43,006 bases of DNA from Actinomycetota bacterium (GCA_036788155.1 DAIQNY010000002.1:1-43006), one strand, 5' to 3'; positions 15,345 to 22,693 are shown, counted from the first letter of the stretch. Translations and numbers: made by a program. The notes: generated by a model not told the origin, from the sequence alone.

Positions 15345-15544
15345 GCCCCCACCCCCTTCAGCAGCCCCGCCGCCGCCTCCATCTCGCGGCGCAGTACCTC
15401 GATCGGGTCCGTGACCGCGCGCTCTATCTCGGCGTCGGTCGTGGTCCCGTGCACTTCCCCGAGCCGGGCACAGGCGGCGACGAAGGCCAGCTCGAGCCGG
15501 TAGCGGGGAAGGCTGTAGATGAGGTCAAGGGTCGTGGCGTTCAT
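15341..15544 (-). CDS. Hypothetical protein (67 aa)
   Basis: ATG 15544 in ATGA overlap. Confidence 0.45.
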   Translation of the reverse strand: MNATTLDLIYSLPRYRLELAFVAACARLGEVHGTTTDAEIERAVTDPIEVLRREMEAAAGLLKGVGA

Positions 15545-15873
15545 GCCGCGGCCCTCGCCTTCCGCACCGGCGCGCAGTCGGCGATCCACGAGCGCGCGTC
15601 GAACTCGCCGCCCCGGTCGTTCGCCATCTCCCAGAGCACGTCCGCGTTCGCGCGCACGTACTCGTCCCAGTCGTCGCCTGAGTGCCGCGTCTTGCGGTAC
15701 GAGGCGGCGATGAGCAGGGCAAGCTCGGAGACGCGGCCGAGCGCTTGGATGCGCTCGCACTCGCAGTCGCCGTAGGGGCTGGCCTTGCAGTAGCCGGCGC
15801 CGGTCTCGGTCTCACGGCCGAGGTCGTCGCAGGAAGAGCACGACCAGGAGGCCATGTAGGAGAGGTCGATCAT
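15541..15873 (-). CDS. Hypothetical Cys-rich protein (110 aa)
   Basis: ATG 15873 in ATGA overlap; CSSCDD...CECE motifs. Confidence 0.5.
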   Translation of the reverse strand: MIDLSYMASWSCSSCDDLGRETETGAGYCKASPYGDCECERIQALGRVSELALLIAASYRKTRHSGDDWDEYVRANADVLWEMANDRGGEFDARSWIADCAPVRKARAAA

Positions 15874-16163
15874 CGCGTCATCGCCTCCCCAACCAGCCAC
15901 GACGCCGCGCCAGCCACGATCCACAGGACCGCGTGCGTGACGTGCTCGGGCAGCTCGACCACGGCGGCGATCCAGCAGCCGAACGCGGTGAGCATGAGGA
16001 TGGCGGCGAGTGCGCGAAACGTGCCTGAGTAGGAAGCGCGCGGCGTTTTCCCTGTGGTACGATGCGCGAAGCCTCGGCTTCCTTGGCGGGAGGTTCTTGG
16101 CTGTGTTACCCGGCCGTCTGGGGCGCTCGCAACGCCCCGGGCGGCCACCTTCTTGGTGGTCAT
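15870..16163 (-). CDS. Small membrane protein (97 aa, two predicted TM helices)
   Basis: ATG 16163 preceded by AAGGAG and a 5-nt spacer. FRALAAILMLTAFGCWIAAVV and AVLWIVAGAASWLVG are hydrophobic segments. First gene after the 16241-16270 promoter. Confidence 0.7.
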   Translation of the reverse strand: MTTKKVAARGVASAPDGRVTQPRTSRQGSRGFAHRTTGKTPRASYSGTFRALAAILMLTAFGCWIAAVVELPEHVTHAVLWIVAGAASWLVGEAMTR

Positions 16164-16240
16164 CTCATCTCCTTACTCACTCACGACAGGTCTCTTCTTC
16201 ACCTCCTCTCGTCTCTCGCGGTTGGCGTGCGTTGCCACGG

Positions 16241-16270
16241 ACTCTATACCCGGTGTCGGACGGATGTCAA
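16241..16270 (-). promoter_or_regulatory. Sigma70/HrdB-type promoter, -35 TTGACA, 18-nt spacer, -10 TAGAGT
   Basis: Minus strand reads TTGACAtccgtccgacaccgggtaTAGAGT about 75 nt upstream of the 16163 start, inside a 450-bp noncoding region. Confidence 0.6.
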
Positions 16271-16548
16271 CACTTAGACTCGTCAGTCCGAGGCCTTCCG
16301 CGCTTCCTCGGAGTCACGTTGCACACGCCCACACTGCGACGACGGCCCCGCACCTCGGACAGTTCGCCATCTTCCACCCCTCCTACCTGCCCGGCCCCCC
16401 GACCGGACGCTTTGGACCCTACACCAGATGCGGTCCCCGTGCCTCATGCTCTGCTTGAGTCGGTACTATCATGGCCGAACGGAACGCTGCCGACAACAGT
16501 AGCTTGGCCGGAATCTCGCGTCTCAGCTCCTGACCCCCGTAAACGGCT

Positions 16549-16591
16549 CCGGGGCCGCCCCCGACGCGAAACGCGCTGAGAGCGGCCCCGG
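16549..16591 (-). terminator. Strong hairpin terminator after the holin-like gene
   Basis: ccggggccgc / gcggccccgg is a perfect 10-bp stem. The 23-nt loop contains an inner cgcg-aaa-cgcg hairpin. Lies 21 nt downstream of the 16612 stop. Confidence 0.6.
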
Positions 16592-16611
16592 TGCGGCTGT
16601 GGCGGGCTATC

Positions 16612-16824
16612 TCACCACGTCGCGTCCGGCCACGCCAGCTTCTTGATGAAGTAACCGACGGCGGCCGCGGCGGCGCTGGCGACGGCGGCCCAGCTCTCCG
16701 GCACGCCGATGGCCACGAGGTTCGCCCCGACGGCGGCCCACGCGATCCCGGTCAGGGCCAGCGTCCAGATGCCGCGGATGAGGGCGGCCTTGAAGCGCGT
16801 CCAGTCCATGGTCTCGTTACCCAT
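16612..16824 (-). CDS. Holin-like two-TM protein (r1t-holin-like pattern)
   Basis: ATG 16824 with GGGGAG 6 nt upstream. WTRFKAALIRGIWTLALTGIAWAAVG and a second hydrophobic helix. Confidence 0.55.
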   Translation of the reverse strand: MGNETMDWTRFKAALIRGIWTLALTGIAWAAVGANLVAIGVPESWAAVASAAAAAVGYFIKKLAWPDATW

Positions 16825-16836
16825 GTTCACCTCCCC

Positions 16837-18477
16837 TCAGACAGGTAGACGGGTCTGTGCCGCAGCCGCTTCGATGCGGCGGCGGGCGATGGTGACGTAC
16901 TCGGACTCCCTCTCAATCCCGATGAAGTCCCGGCCCTCTTCCATGCAAGCGACGCCGGTGGTGCCGGAGCCGGTGAAGGGGTCGAGGACGAGGTCGCCGG
17001 GACGGGCCACGAGGCGGACCAGCCAGCGCATGAGGGCGAGGGGCTTACAAGTTGGGTGCGTGTTCCCTTGCAGCCGCACGCTTGCGCTTGTTCTCAATGG
17101 CGTTTCGGATACAACAGTCCTTGCACCAGGGGCTGACCCCGCTCTTTCGTTCGTAGTAGTCAGTGATCGGCCTAGTGACTCCGCACTTTCCGCAAGGCTT
17201 ATGCCACAGGCCGGAAGCGTCGCGAGTACAGCCGCTATGGATTCGCTTATGGGTCGTGTGGTCCAGACAGGTGAGGTTTTCGATACGGTTGTCTTGCTTG
17301 TCTCCGTTGACGTGGTGGATACAGTGACCGTCAGGTACTGGCCCGAACTCGGACTCCCACACGATGACGTGCTGCATCCTTGACTTTCCTGTCCCGTCGC
17401 CCACTCGGATATAGCCCTTACGAGTGACGTGACCTGTGCCGTACTTTCGCCGCATGGACACACCTCCAGTTCCAGCGTTACGAATAGACCGCTTACGCCT
17501 GCGTTGCGCTCACGGGACGAACTCTTAGCGTTGTAGAAGAAGCGGGAGGGGCCACCGGAGTCGCCCACGCTCAGCACATCGCCCTCGCGCCGTGCTGCCC
17601 CGTACATGCCTGCCCCATAGTCGCTTCGGCAGGTACCGGGATGAGTCGTCAGCACCCCCACCGCCCCATCCAACTCCCGCCCCGCCTCCTCATCCAGCAC
17701 GAGGTTGGCGGGCCAGCGACCTTCGGCATGGTGGCGCGGCGAGTCTGGGTGCGGATTCTCGCTGCCTGTGTAGGTGTGCGAGAAGCCGCCTGCGTAGACC
17801 TCGCCGCGCCCCAGTCCGCTGCCGGGCTGGTTGTACGAGCGGCGTGTCGGGTCGATGCAGCCCTCTATCGAAACCCGGCACTCCTCAATCCCCAGCTCCC
17901 GCATCGGCCCCGGTTTGCGGGCGAGAATGATCGGCTCCCATGCGGGCTTGAGACACGCCTTGCCTTTGGGAAACCCGGACCCGTACAGCCACATGAGCGT
18001 GTCCCGTATCTCGAACCCGGCATCTTCCAAGGCGCAAGCAAGGCGGTGCCATGTGCGGGTGCCACCGAAGGCGAGGAGGTAGTGGGAGGGCTTGAGGACG
18101 CGGAGGGCCTCGGTTGCCCATTCCTCGTTGAACTTTTGGAATGCGTGCAGTTGCGCGGGCTTGCTGGCGACGACCTCCCAGTCCGGCTCGGGGCACTGAC
18201 AGGGCGACCCGCTGAACTCCTGCTTGTGGCATATACGGCACCGCTTCTTCGTTGCGCGGGGATAGGCTGACGACTGACGCCTGACACGGCGGCCATTCCA
18301 ATCTGGTGAGTTTGTGTCCTTACGGCTCCATGCCTCGCCGCCCGAATGGAAGCGGTCCCATTCCTTCCCCATGAACTCCAGCCCATAGGGAGGGTCACAG
18401 ACCACCGCATCCACCGACCCGGCCTCCATCCCGGCCATGACCTCGAGGCAGTCGCCGTGGATGACCTCGAACGTCAC
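16837..18477 (-). CDS. DNA methyltransferase (beta-class N6-adenine/N4-cytosine type) carrying a 144-codon insert
   Basis: Motif IV VVCDPPYG near the N-terminus; NTHPTCKP and motif I LDPFTGSGTTG near the C-terminus. 144 Ser/Thr-rich codons (17065-17496) separate ERNAG from NTHPT, where I recall related enzymes having roughly 40. Confidence 0.85.
   Translation of the reverse strand: MTFEVIHGDCLEVMAGMEAGSVDAVVCDPPYGLEFMGKEWDRFHSGGEAWSRKDTNSPDWNGRRVRRQSSAYPRATKKRCRICHKQEFSGSPCQCPEPDWEVVASKPAQLHAFQKFNEEWATEALRVLKPSHYLLAFGGTRTWHRLACALEDAGFEIRDTLMWLYGSGFPKGKACLKPAWEPIILARKPGPMRELGIEECRVSIEGCIDPTRRSYNQPGSGLGRGEVYAGGFSHTYTGSENPHPDSPRHHAEGRWPANLVLDEEAGRELDGAVGVLTTHPGTCRSDYGAGMYGAARREGDVLSVGDSGGPSRFFYNAKSSSRERNAGVSGLFVTLELEVCPCGESTAQVTSLVRAISEWATGQESQGCSTSSCGSPSSGQYLTVTVSTTSTETSKTTVSKTSPVWTTRPISESIAAVLATLPACGISLAESAESLGRSLTTTNERAGSAPGARTVVSETPLRTSASVRLQGNTHPTCKPLALMRWLVRLVARPGDLVLDPFTGSGTTGVACMEEGRDFIGIERESEYVTIARRRIEAAAAQTRLPV
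17045..17461 (-). mobile_element. HNH homing-type endonuclease gene nested out of frame inside the methyltransferase ORF
   Basis: 138 aa; HCIHHVNGDKQDNRIENLTCLDHTTHKRIH is an HNH_3-type motif. Own SD (GGAGG plus 7 nt). Region visibly lower in GC. TAA stop overlaps the NTHPT codons of the host gene. Confidence 0.8.
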
Positions 18478-18662
18478 GCGCGGTCCTCCTTCAGTCGCTC
18501 GACATCGGAGCGCACGATCTGATACCGCTCCCGGTCAGAGGCCCGCTGCCGGGTCCGCAGCGTCCCGTCCTCGCACCATGCCGTGACCGTGCGCCGGGAG
18601 ACGCCGAGCAGGCGCGCGGCCTCGCCGGTGGAGAGATAGCGACGGGCGCGGAGCCGGGTCAT
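18474..18662 (-). CDS. Small HTH protein, excisionase/MerR-like (HTH_17 pattern)
   Basis: YLSTGEAARLLGVSRRTVTAWCEDGTLR. Its 3' end overlaps the methyltransferase start (18477) by 4 nt. Confidence 0.65.
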   Translation of the reverse strand: MTRLRARRYLSTGEAARLLGVSRRTVTAWCEDGTLRTRQRASDRERYQIVRSDVERLKEDRA

Positions 18663-18844
18663 CACGGAGCACCCGGTACGTGCGTTTGCATGAAGAGAGC
18701 GAGGCCGACCACGACCAGTGCCCCGGCTAGGAACAGGCCCCAGCGCACGGACAGGCGGCCGGTGTACCAAAGGACGGTGCCGACGGCGGAGACGGCCGCG
18801 GCCGTCCAGACGAGGAGGGCTAGGGCGTCGGTGGCGGTCACCAT
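18662..18844 (-). CDS. Small membrane protein (60 aa, two TM helices)
   Basis: ALALLVWTAAAVSAVGTVLWY and WGLFLAGALVVVGLALF. Confidence 0.55.
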   Translation of the reverse strand: MVTATDALALLVWTAAAVSAVGTVLWYTGRLSVRWGLFLAGALVVVGLALFMQTHVPGAP

Positions 18845-19095
18845 GCACCCGCCCTGACCTCAAGCCGCCCGTCGACCAGCAGCAGCAACCGATGGCACCG
18901 GCTGCAGTCGTAGTAGCTGAACGCCTCGCCCTCGATCCTGACCTCTGCCGGCCCGAACAGCCGCGTCGAGCCACAGGCCGGGCAAGTGTGCGCGTGCTCG
19001 GCGGTCATGTAGGCGAACTCGGCGCACAGACCGGGCTCGGCGTAGTCGCAGCGGTGACAGTCATGTACGCAGTCGTGTCGGAGATGGTGGGTCAT
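18838..19095 (-). CDS. Hypothetical Cys/His-rich protein (85 aa)
   Basis: HDCVHDCHRCD...CPACG...CSRCH. Confidence 0.5.
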   Translation of the reverse strand: MTHHLRHDCVHDCHRCDYAEPGLCAEFAYMTAEHAHTCPACGSTRLFGPAEVRIEGEAFSYYDCSRCHRLLLLVDGRLEVRAGAW

Positions 19096-19427
19096 CACGT
19101 CACCTCACCGCTCGAGTTGTAGGCGAGGAAGTCCTCAGCCGTGCCATGGAAGACAGGTACGCCTATCTCGTTGGCGTACTCCTCTTCGCGGTCGGCTCCC
19201 CATGAGTCGCCAGGCAGGCGCACCATGACGTCGCAGCGATCCAGAAGGCGCAAGTCCCACTCGTACCAGTAGTCAGGCTCGCGCGGGTCAACGATGTGCG
19301 TGAGCAGTGACAGGTGCGGGATGAGCGGGCAGTACCCGGCGTCGCGCAGCACGAGGCCAGCGCGGATGGTGTTGTGCGTGTTCTGTACCGGGTCAGGGTG
19401 CGTGTACGGCCCGGCGACGTAGACCAT
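19095..19427 (-). CDS. Nucleoside 2-deoxyribosyltransferase-like protein (DUF4406/DUF1937 pattern)
   Basis: MVYVAGPYTHPDPVQNTHNTIRAGLVLRDAGYCPLIPH. Internal ATG 19427 with a purine-rich (AAGG) upstream stretch as a weak candidate SD. Confidence 0.6.
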   Translation of the reverse strand: MVYVAGPYTHPDPVQNTHNTIRAGLVLRDAGYCPLIPHLSLLTHIVDPREPDYWYEWDLRLLDRCDVMVRLPGDSWGADREEEYANEIGVPVFHGTAEDFLAYNSSGEVT

Positions 19428-19441
19428 GCCCTTGTCCTTCA

Positions 19442-20113
19442 CTAGTCCCCCTCTCGGAAGCACTCCTGGTAGACGCCCATCCAGCCGATGACGTCGACCA
19501 TGGAGTCGTGGTGTCCCGGCTGCCCGGCGAGGCGCGAGAGCTTGACCATCTCGAGTAGCACCGGGACGTCGAACGGCTGGAGCGCCTTGTCCGGCGGCAG
19601 TAGGCCGCGCTTGTGCAGGTAGCCGTTCATCATCTCGGCGGTCCCTGTCATGTCGGCCTTCGGGTCGCCGTAGTCCTGATTGCGCGGCCCGGCGACGGCA
19701 TTGACTGCCTCACTTGCCAGTTCGGCTACTCGTTCGCGCAGGGTGGTCGCCGGCCACTCGTCGGGCACGAGGACCTCGTCGTTCACGATGTCCAGCGGTT
19801 TCGCTGATTGCTCAGTGTCCTGAGTAGTGATGCGGCCCCCGTCAGTTCCAGCCGCATCGTGACTGCGCCTATTTCCGACTCGCACGGGCTGGTTACCGTC
19901 GGCCGCCCCCTTGCGGGACGGGCACTGGTCGGTCGCCGACTCTGGAGCGTCCTCCATCGCAGTCCCCGGCACCGGAGATACATCCTCTCGCGCACGAGTA
20001 GGAGAGGGTCCGGTAGTCTTCATGTTCGTCGCCCACATGCTCGCGCACCCGTCCCGGTGCAGCTCGCCGGCCAGTGCGCCACAGGAGGGGCAGGGGGTGA
20101 GGGCGCGTTTCAC
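19442..20113 (-). CDS. Hypothetical protein: N-terminal zinc ribbon, low-complexity linker, C-terminal DUF6378-like domain
   Basis: GTG 20113 in GTGA overlap. CPSCG...HRDGC. The C-terminal RNQDYGDP...MVKLSRL pattern is recalled from phage nucleotide-metabolism-associated domains. Confidence 0.5.
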   Translation of the reverse strand: MKRALTPCPSCGALAGELHRDGCASMWATNMKTTGPSPTRAREDVSPVPGTAMEDAPESATDQCPSRKGAADGNQPVRVGNRRSHDAAGTDGGRITTQDTEQSAKPLDIVNDEVLVPDEWPATTLRERVAELASEAVNAVAGPRNQDYGDPKADMTGTAEMMNGYLHKRGLLPPDKALQPFDVPVLLEMVKLSRLAGQPGHHDSMVDVIGWMGVYQECFREGD

Positions 20114-20424
20114 TTTCCACCTCCACACTTCGGGCAAGGCTCCGACGTCGACTCGCGCTTGCCGCAGTCCGGGCAGTAGAACCAGGGGTTCAGCCACTCC
20201 CCACTCCACCAAATGTGCCTCGGGTTGTACGGCACGCCGCAGCAGGCGCAGACGCGGGTCTCGTCGCTCAAGCCGGGATGGTTCGCCGCGAACACCCTGA
20301 GCGCCGCCACGGCATTCCCCATGAGCACGCGCACGGCCGGGTGCGTGTCGTCGCACATCTCCAGCAGACGGTCTTCCAGCGGCTTGAGCGGGTGGTCGTC
20401 GGGGAGGGCGGCGTGGTCAGTCAC
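20110..20424 (-). CDS. Hypothetical zinc-finger protein (about 104 aa; TTG 20430 is an alternative start)
   Basis: CACCG...CPDCG...CPKCG. GTG 20424 with GAGGTGGTG upstream. Confidence 0.55.
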   Translation of the reverse strand: MTDHAALPDDHPLKPLEDRLLEMCDDTHPAVRVLMGNAVAALRVFAANHPGLSDETRVCACCGVPYNPRHIWWSGEWLNPWFYCPDCGKRESTSEPCPKCGGGK

Positions 20425-20638
20425 GCTCAATCACCACCTCATCCGGCCTCGGGTACCACCACTCGCGCACCTCCGGCTCCATGTGCTTGCTGGTCCAATA
20501 GGTCCAGATGCGGACCCCGTCCCGGACGCGGCGCAGCTTGACCACGTCATCGTCCACGAACACGTTCTCGCCCCTGACCCGGACCCGGACGGACATGGGG
20601 CGCAGGCGGCGGCGGATGCGGGCTTCGAGGTGGGTCAT
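20417..20638 (-). CDS. Hypothetical protein (73 aa)
   Basis: ATG 20638 in ATGA overlap with the HNH stop. Confidence 0.45.
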   Translation of the reverse strand: MTHLEARIRRRLRPMSVRVRVRGENVFVDDDVVKLRRVRDGVRIWTYWTSKHMEPEVREWWYPRPDEVVIERD

Positions 20639-21003
20639 CGGTCCCCCTGAATGGACCACCGCGTGATCCCGCGGAAGTTCTTGACGCGCCCGTGTCTCTT
20701 GGCGTGGCACGAGGCACACAGGGGAACGCACTTAGCAAGTTCTGCGTCCCTCATCGCCTTACTGTAGTCCCCCATGTCGGAGACGTTCTTGTGCCGCTGC
20801 GCCGGGTCCACATGGTGGAAGTGAACGGCGGTCCCGCCGCAGTCCAGACACCCAGCCTTGGCGAGCATCTCTCGCAGCTCGGCCCGCCATGCGACGTTTC
20901 TGGAGGCCCTGTATGCGGCTCGCTGCTTCTTCTCGCGCGCGCAGTACTCTGGGTGCTCGGCCCGGAAGCGGCGCTTGTACTCTGCGCTGGTCACCGCGCT
21001 CAT
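20635..21003 (-). CDS. Free-standing HNH endonuclease (122 aa)
   Basis: CLDCGG..VHFHHVDP...NVSDM...CVPLCASCHAKRH. ATG 21003 in ATGA overlap. Confidence 0.75.
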   Translation of the reverse strand: MSAVTSAEYKRRFRAEHPEYCAREKKQRAAYRASRNVAWRAELREMLAKAGCLDCGGTAVHFHHVDPAQRHKNVSDMGDYSKAMRDAELAKCVPLCASCHAKRHGRVKNFRGITRWSIQGDR

Positions 21004-21740
21004 CCCGCCACCTCCCGGATCGCAACCGTCTTGTAGCTGTGCGTGCCTCTCGACCACTTTCCACAGTCTTTGCACACGAACCGCTGAAACCGGGACTGAG
21101 GCGTGTACGCAAATCCGCGCTTCTTCAGGTTCTTGGACCCGCACGCGGGGCAGATATGGTCGTCGCCGTGATGCGCGGAGTAGGACGGGATGCCGGGTAT
21201 CCACGGCAGCAGCTTCATGTACAGCATCTCGGTCAAGGCGACGTCATTGATGTTGTACTGCCGCATGAGCTTCCACGCGGACGGTTCCCCGTCCATGCAC
21301 CGTTGCCAGAGGTCGAAGCCTTCGTGCTTGAGCTTGTGGCCGATGCCTAGTTCGCCGCAGACGTACTCGAGCTTGTTGGACGGGAACCGGAACCGCTTCT
21401 TGACCGCCGCCAGGAGGTCTATCTGGGCGCACGGCGATGGCGGTTCCATGTCCGCCTGAAGGAATTCGCGGTTGATGTGCGGCACGTCGAACTTGCGGCC
21501 GTTGTAGTGGATGACCGCGTCGGCCTGGTCAAGCAGCTTCCACAGGTCCTTCAGCATCTTCTCTTTGCCGTCGTGGAAGGTGGACCGGTAGTGAATCTTC
21601 GTGTGGTCCGTCCACTTCGCCGCCCAACAGACCATCTCGGTAGACGCTGCGATCTGGTTGATGGCCACGTTCTGATTCCACAGACCCCAGACGTAGGCCA
21701 TATTCGGGCGGGTCTCGATGTCGATGGTCAAGAGCCTCAA
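21000..21740 (-). CDS. 3'-5' exonuclease, RNase H-like/PolB-exonuclease-like, with C-terminal zinc ribbon
   Basis: LLTIDIETRPN, HYNGRKFDVP and YNINDVALTEML resemble Exo I-III motifs. CPACGS...CKDCG. TTG 21740 in TTGA overlap (the track ATG 21782 is an alternative). Confidence 0.7.
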   Translation of the reverse strand: MRLLTIDIETRPNMAYVWGLWNQNVAINQIAASTEMVCWAAKWTDHTKIHYRSTFHDGKEKMLKDLWKLLDQADAVIHYNGRKFDVPHINREFLQADMEPPSPCAQIDLLAAVKKRFRFPSNKLEYVCGELGIGHKLKHEGFDLWQRCMDGEPSAWKLMRQYNINDVALTEMLYMKLLPWIPGIPSYSAHHGDDHICPACGSKNLKKRGFAYTPQSRFQRFVCKDCGKWSRGTHSYKTVAIREVAG

Positions 21741-21955
21741 GCGGTCCCCTCCCTCCGCGCCTTCCGTGCCGAGTACCAGCACGGCATCTCGACCCGGAAG
21801 TCCACGGCCGGCAGCTTCACGCCGTGGGTGAGGGCCTCGGTCGTGTGCCGGGCCAGTACCTCGCCGACCTCATCCATGGCCGCGCGCGCGATCCTGCACC
21901 CGGGCCGGGCCGCGTCCTTGCAGTTCTCACAGCGGGCGTAGCGGGAGAGGTTCAT
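21737..21955 (-). CDS. Hypothetical protein (72 aa)
   Basis: Coupled ORF; CENCKD...GC motif. Confidence 0.45.
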   Translation of the reverse strand: MNLSRYARCENCKDAARPGCRIARAAMDEVGEVLARHTTEALTHGVKLPAVDFRVEMPCWYSARKARREGTA

Positions 21956-22017
21956 GGGGTCCGCTTCCGCCAGTCGTTCAACGTGTCGCAGTTCTCGTAC
22001 TCCTCCAGCGCCGTCAC
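21952..22017 (-). CDS. Possible 21-aa bridging micro-ORF (VTALEEYENCDTLNDWRKRTP)
   Basis: GTG in GTGA overlap with the upstream stop, AAGGAG 5 nt upstream, and its stop in ATGA overlap with the next start. Confidence 0.3.
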   Translation of the reverse strand: MTALEEYENCDTLNDWRKRTP

Positions 22018-22310
22018 GGCCTCTCCTTCCTCCAGTGCAGTCGCCAGTACAGCCACCTGTCGAACGCCGCGAGCGCGTCCCAAAACCGGGCGGCGAGGCG
22101 GGAGCGGAGGGGGAGACGAGTGAGGCGCGTCCCGAGGTACTGGCCGGTCACTGGGTCGTGAGCCCGACTCAGCTCGAACCCGGGCGGGGCACCATGCGGT
22201 GCGACCATCCAGACAGCGTCCTCAGGAACGGGGTCCACTTGGTAGTAGTGCCTGACCACCGGCCACTCGGGCTCGGGCGGGTCCTGGCGGGGGATGTGGC
22301 CGGTGTTCAT
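22014..22310 (-). CDS. First early minus-strand gene, hypothetical (98 aa, Trp/Arg-rich C-terminus)
   Basis: ATG 22310 preceded by GGAGG and a 5-nt spacer. The upstream part of the track ORF runs through the promoter region and is not credible. Confidence 0.6.
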   Translation of the reverse strand: MNTGHIPRQDPPEPEWPVVRHYYQVDPVPEDAVWMVAPHGAPPGFELSRAHDPVTGQYLGTRLTRLPLRSRLAARFWDALAAFDRWLYWRLHWRKERP

Positions 22311-22361
22311 GCGGCCTCCATTGCCGATTCGGCAGACTTTCTCATTCTGCCCATTTTCGTG

Positions 22362-22389
22362 TTGACTCTCATCTGCGAGTGGGTATAAT
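22362..22389 (+). promoter_or_regulatory. Near-consensus sigma70-type promoter, -35 TTGACT, 16-nt spacer, -10 TATAAT
   Basis: Read directly in the only clearly AT-rich patch of the genome, about 38 nt upstream of the AAGGAGG-ATG of the first plus-strand gene. Confidence 0.75.
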
Positions 22390-22426
22390 GAGAAATGTGA
22401 GAAGCAATCAGACGAAGGAGGAGACG

Positions 22427-22618
22427 ATGACCGAGCAGACGACAGCCAAGACGTACACAGCAATCATCACCGACGGCGGCGAAGAGGGCGGCCAGTACCG
22501 GCGCCCAGTCAAGGTGACGTCGGACGTCGAGCTGAGCTACGCGCAGGTCGCCGAGCAGGCCCGCAAGCAGATGCGGCGCGGCGAGGTCATCGTGAGCATC
22601 GACGGTATCGAGTGGTGA
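22427..22618 (+). CDS. Hypothetical small protein (63 aa), first gene of the plus-strand operon
   Basis: ATG 22427 preceded by AAGGAGG; high GC3; protein-like sequence. Confidence 0.65.
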   Translation: MTEQTTAKTYTAIITDGGEEGGQYRRPVKVTSDVELSYAQVAEQARKQMRRGEVIVSIDGIEW

Positions 22619-22634
22619 GCAGGAGATGGATACA

Positions 22635-22664
22635 CCGCCATCGGCCCGGCTGGGCCTTTGGCGG
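22635..22664 (+). terminator. Intercistronic hairpin (candidate attenuator) between the two plus-strand genes
   Basis: CCGCCA tc GGCCC ggct GGGCC tt TGGCGG followed by TTAAGG. Confidence 0.4.
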
Positions 22665-22693
22665 TTAAGGAGACGACCAGGAGGGAGACAACC

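Noticed and set aside
16314-16370. 18-aa SD-preceded micro-ORF MANCPRCGAVVAVWACAT as a real peptide gene.
   Set aside because: It lies between a terminator and the next promoter with no promoter of its own identified. It is too short to evaluate, so it is only mentioned within the noncoding-island finding.
16164-16611. tRNA or tmRNA gene in the long noncoding region.
   Set aside because: No T-loop consensus (GGTTCGAATCC-like) or cloverleaf arrangement could be found by eye on either strand. A tRNAscan or Infernal run would be needed to be definitive.
17045-17496. Intein or classical group I intron as explanation of the methyltransferase insert.
   Set aside because: The HNH is in a different frame from the host protein and no intein splice-junction residues or blocks are present. 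Only about 35 nt of the insert lie outside the HNH ORF, leaving no obvious room for a ribozyme core. Splicing still needs an RNA test.
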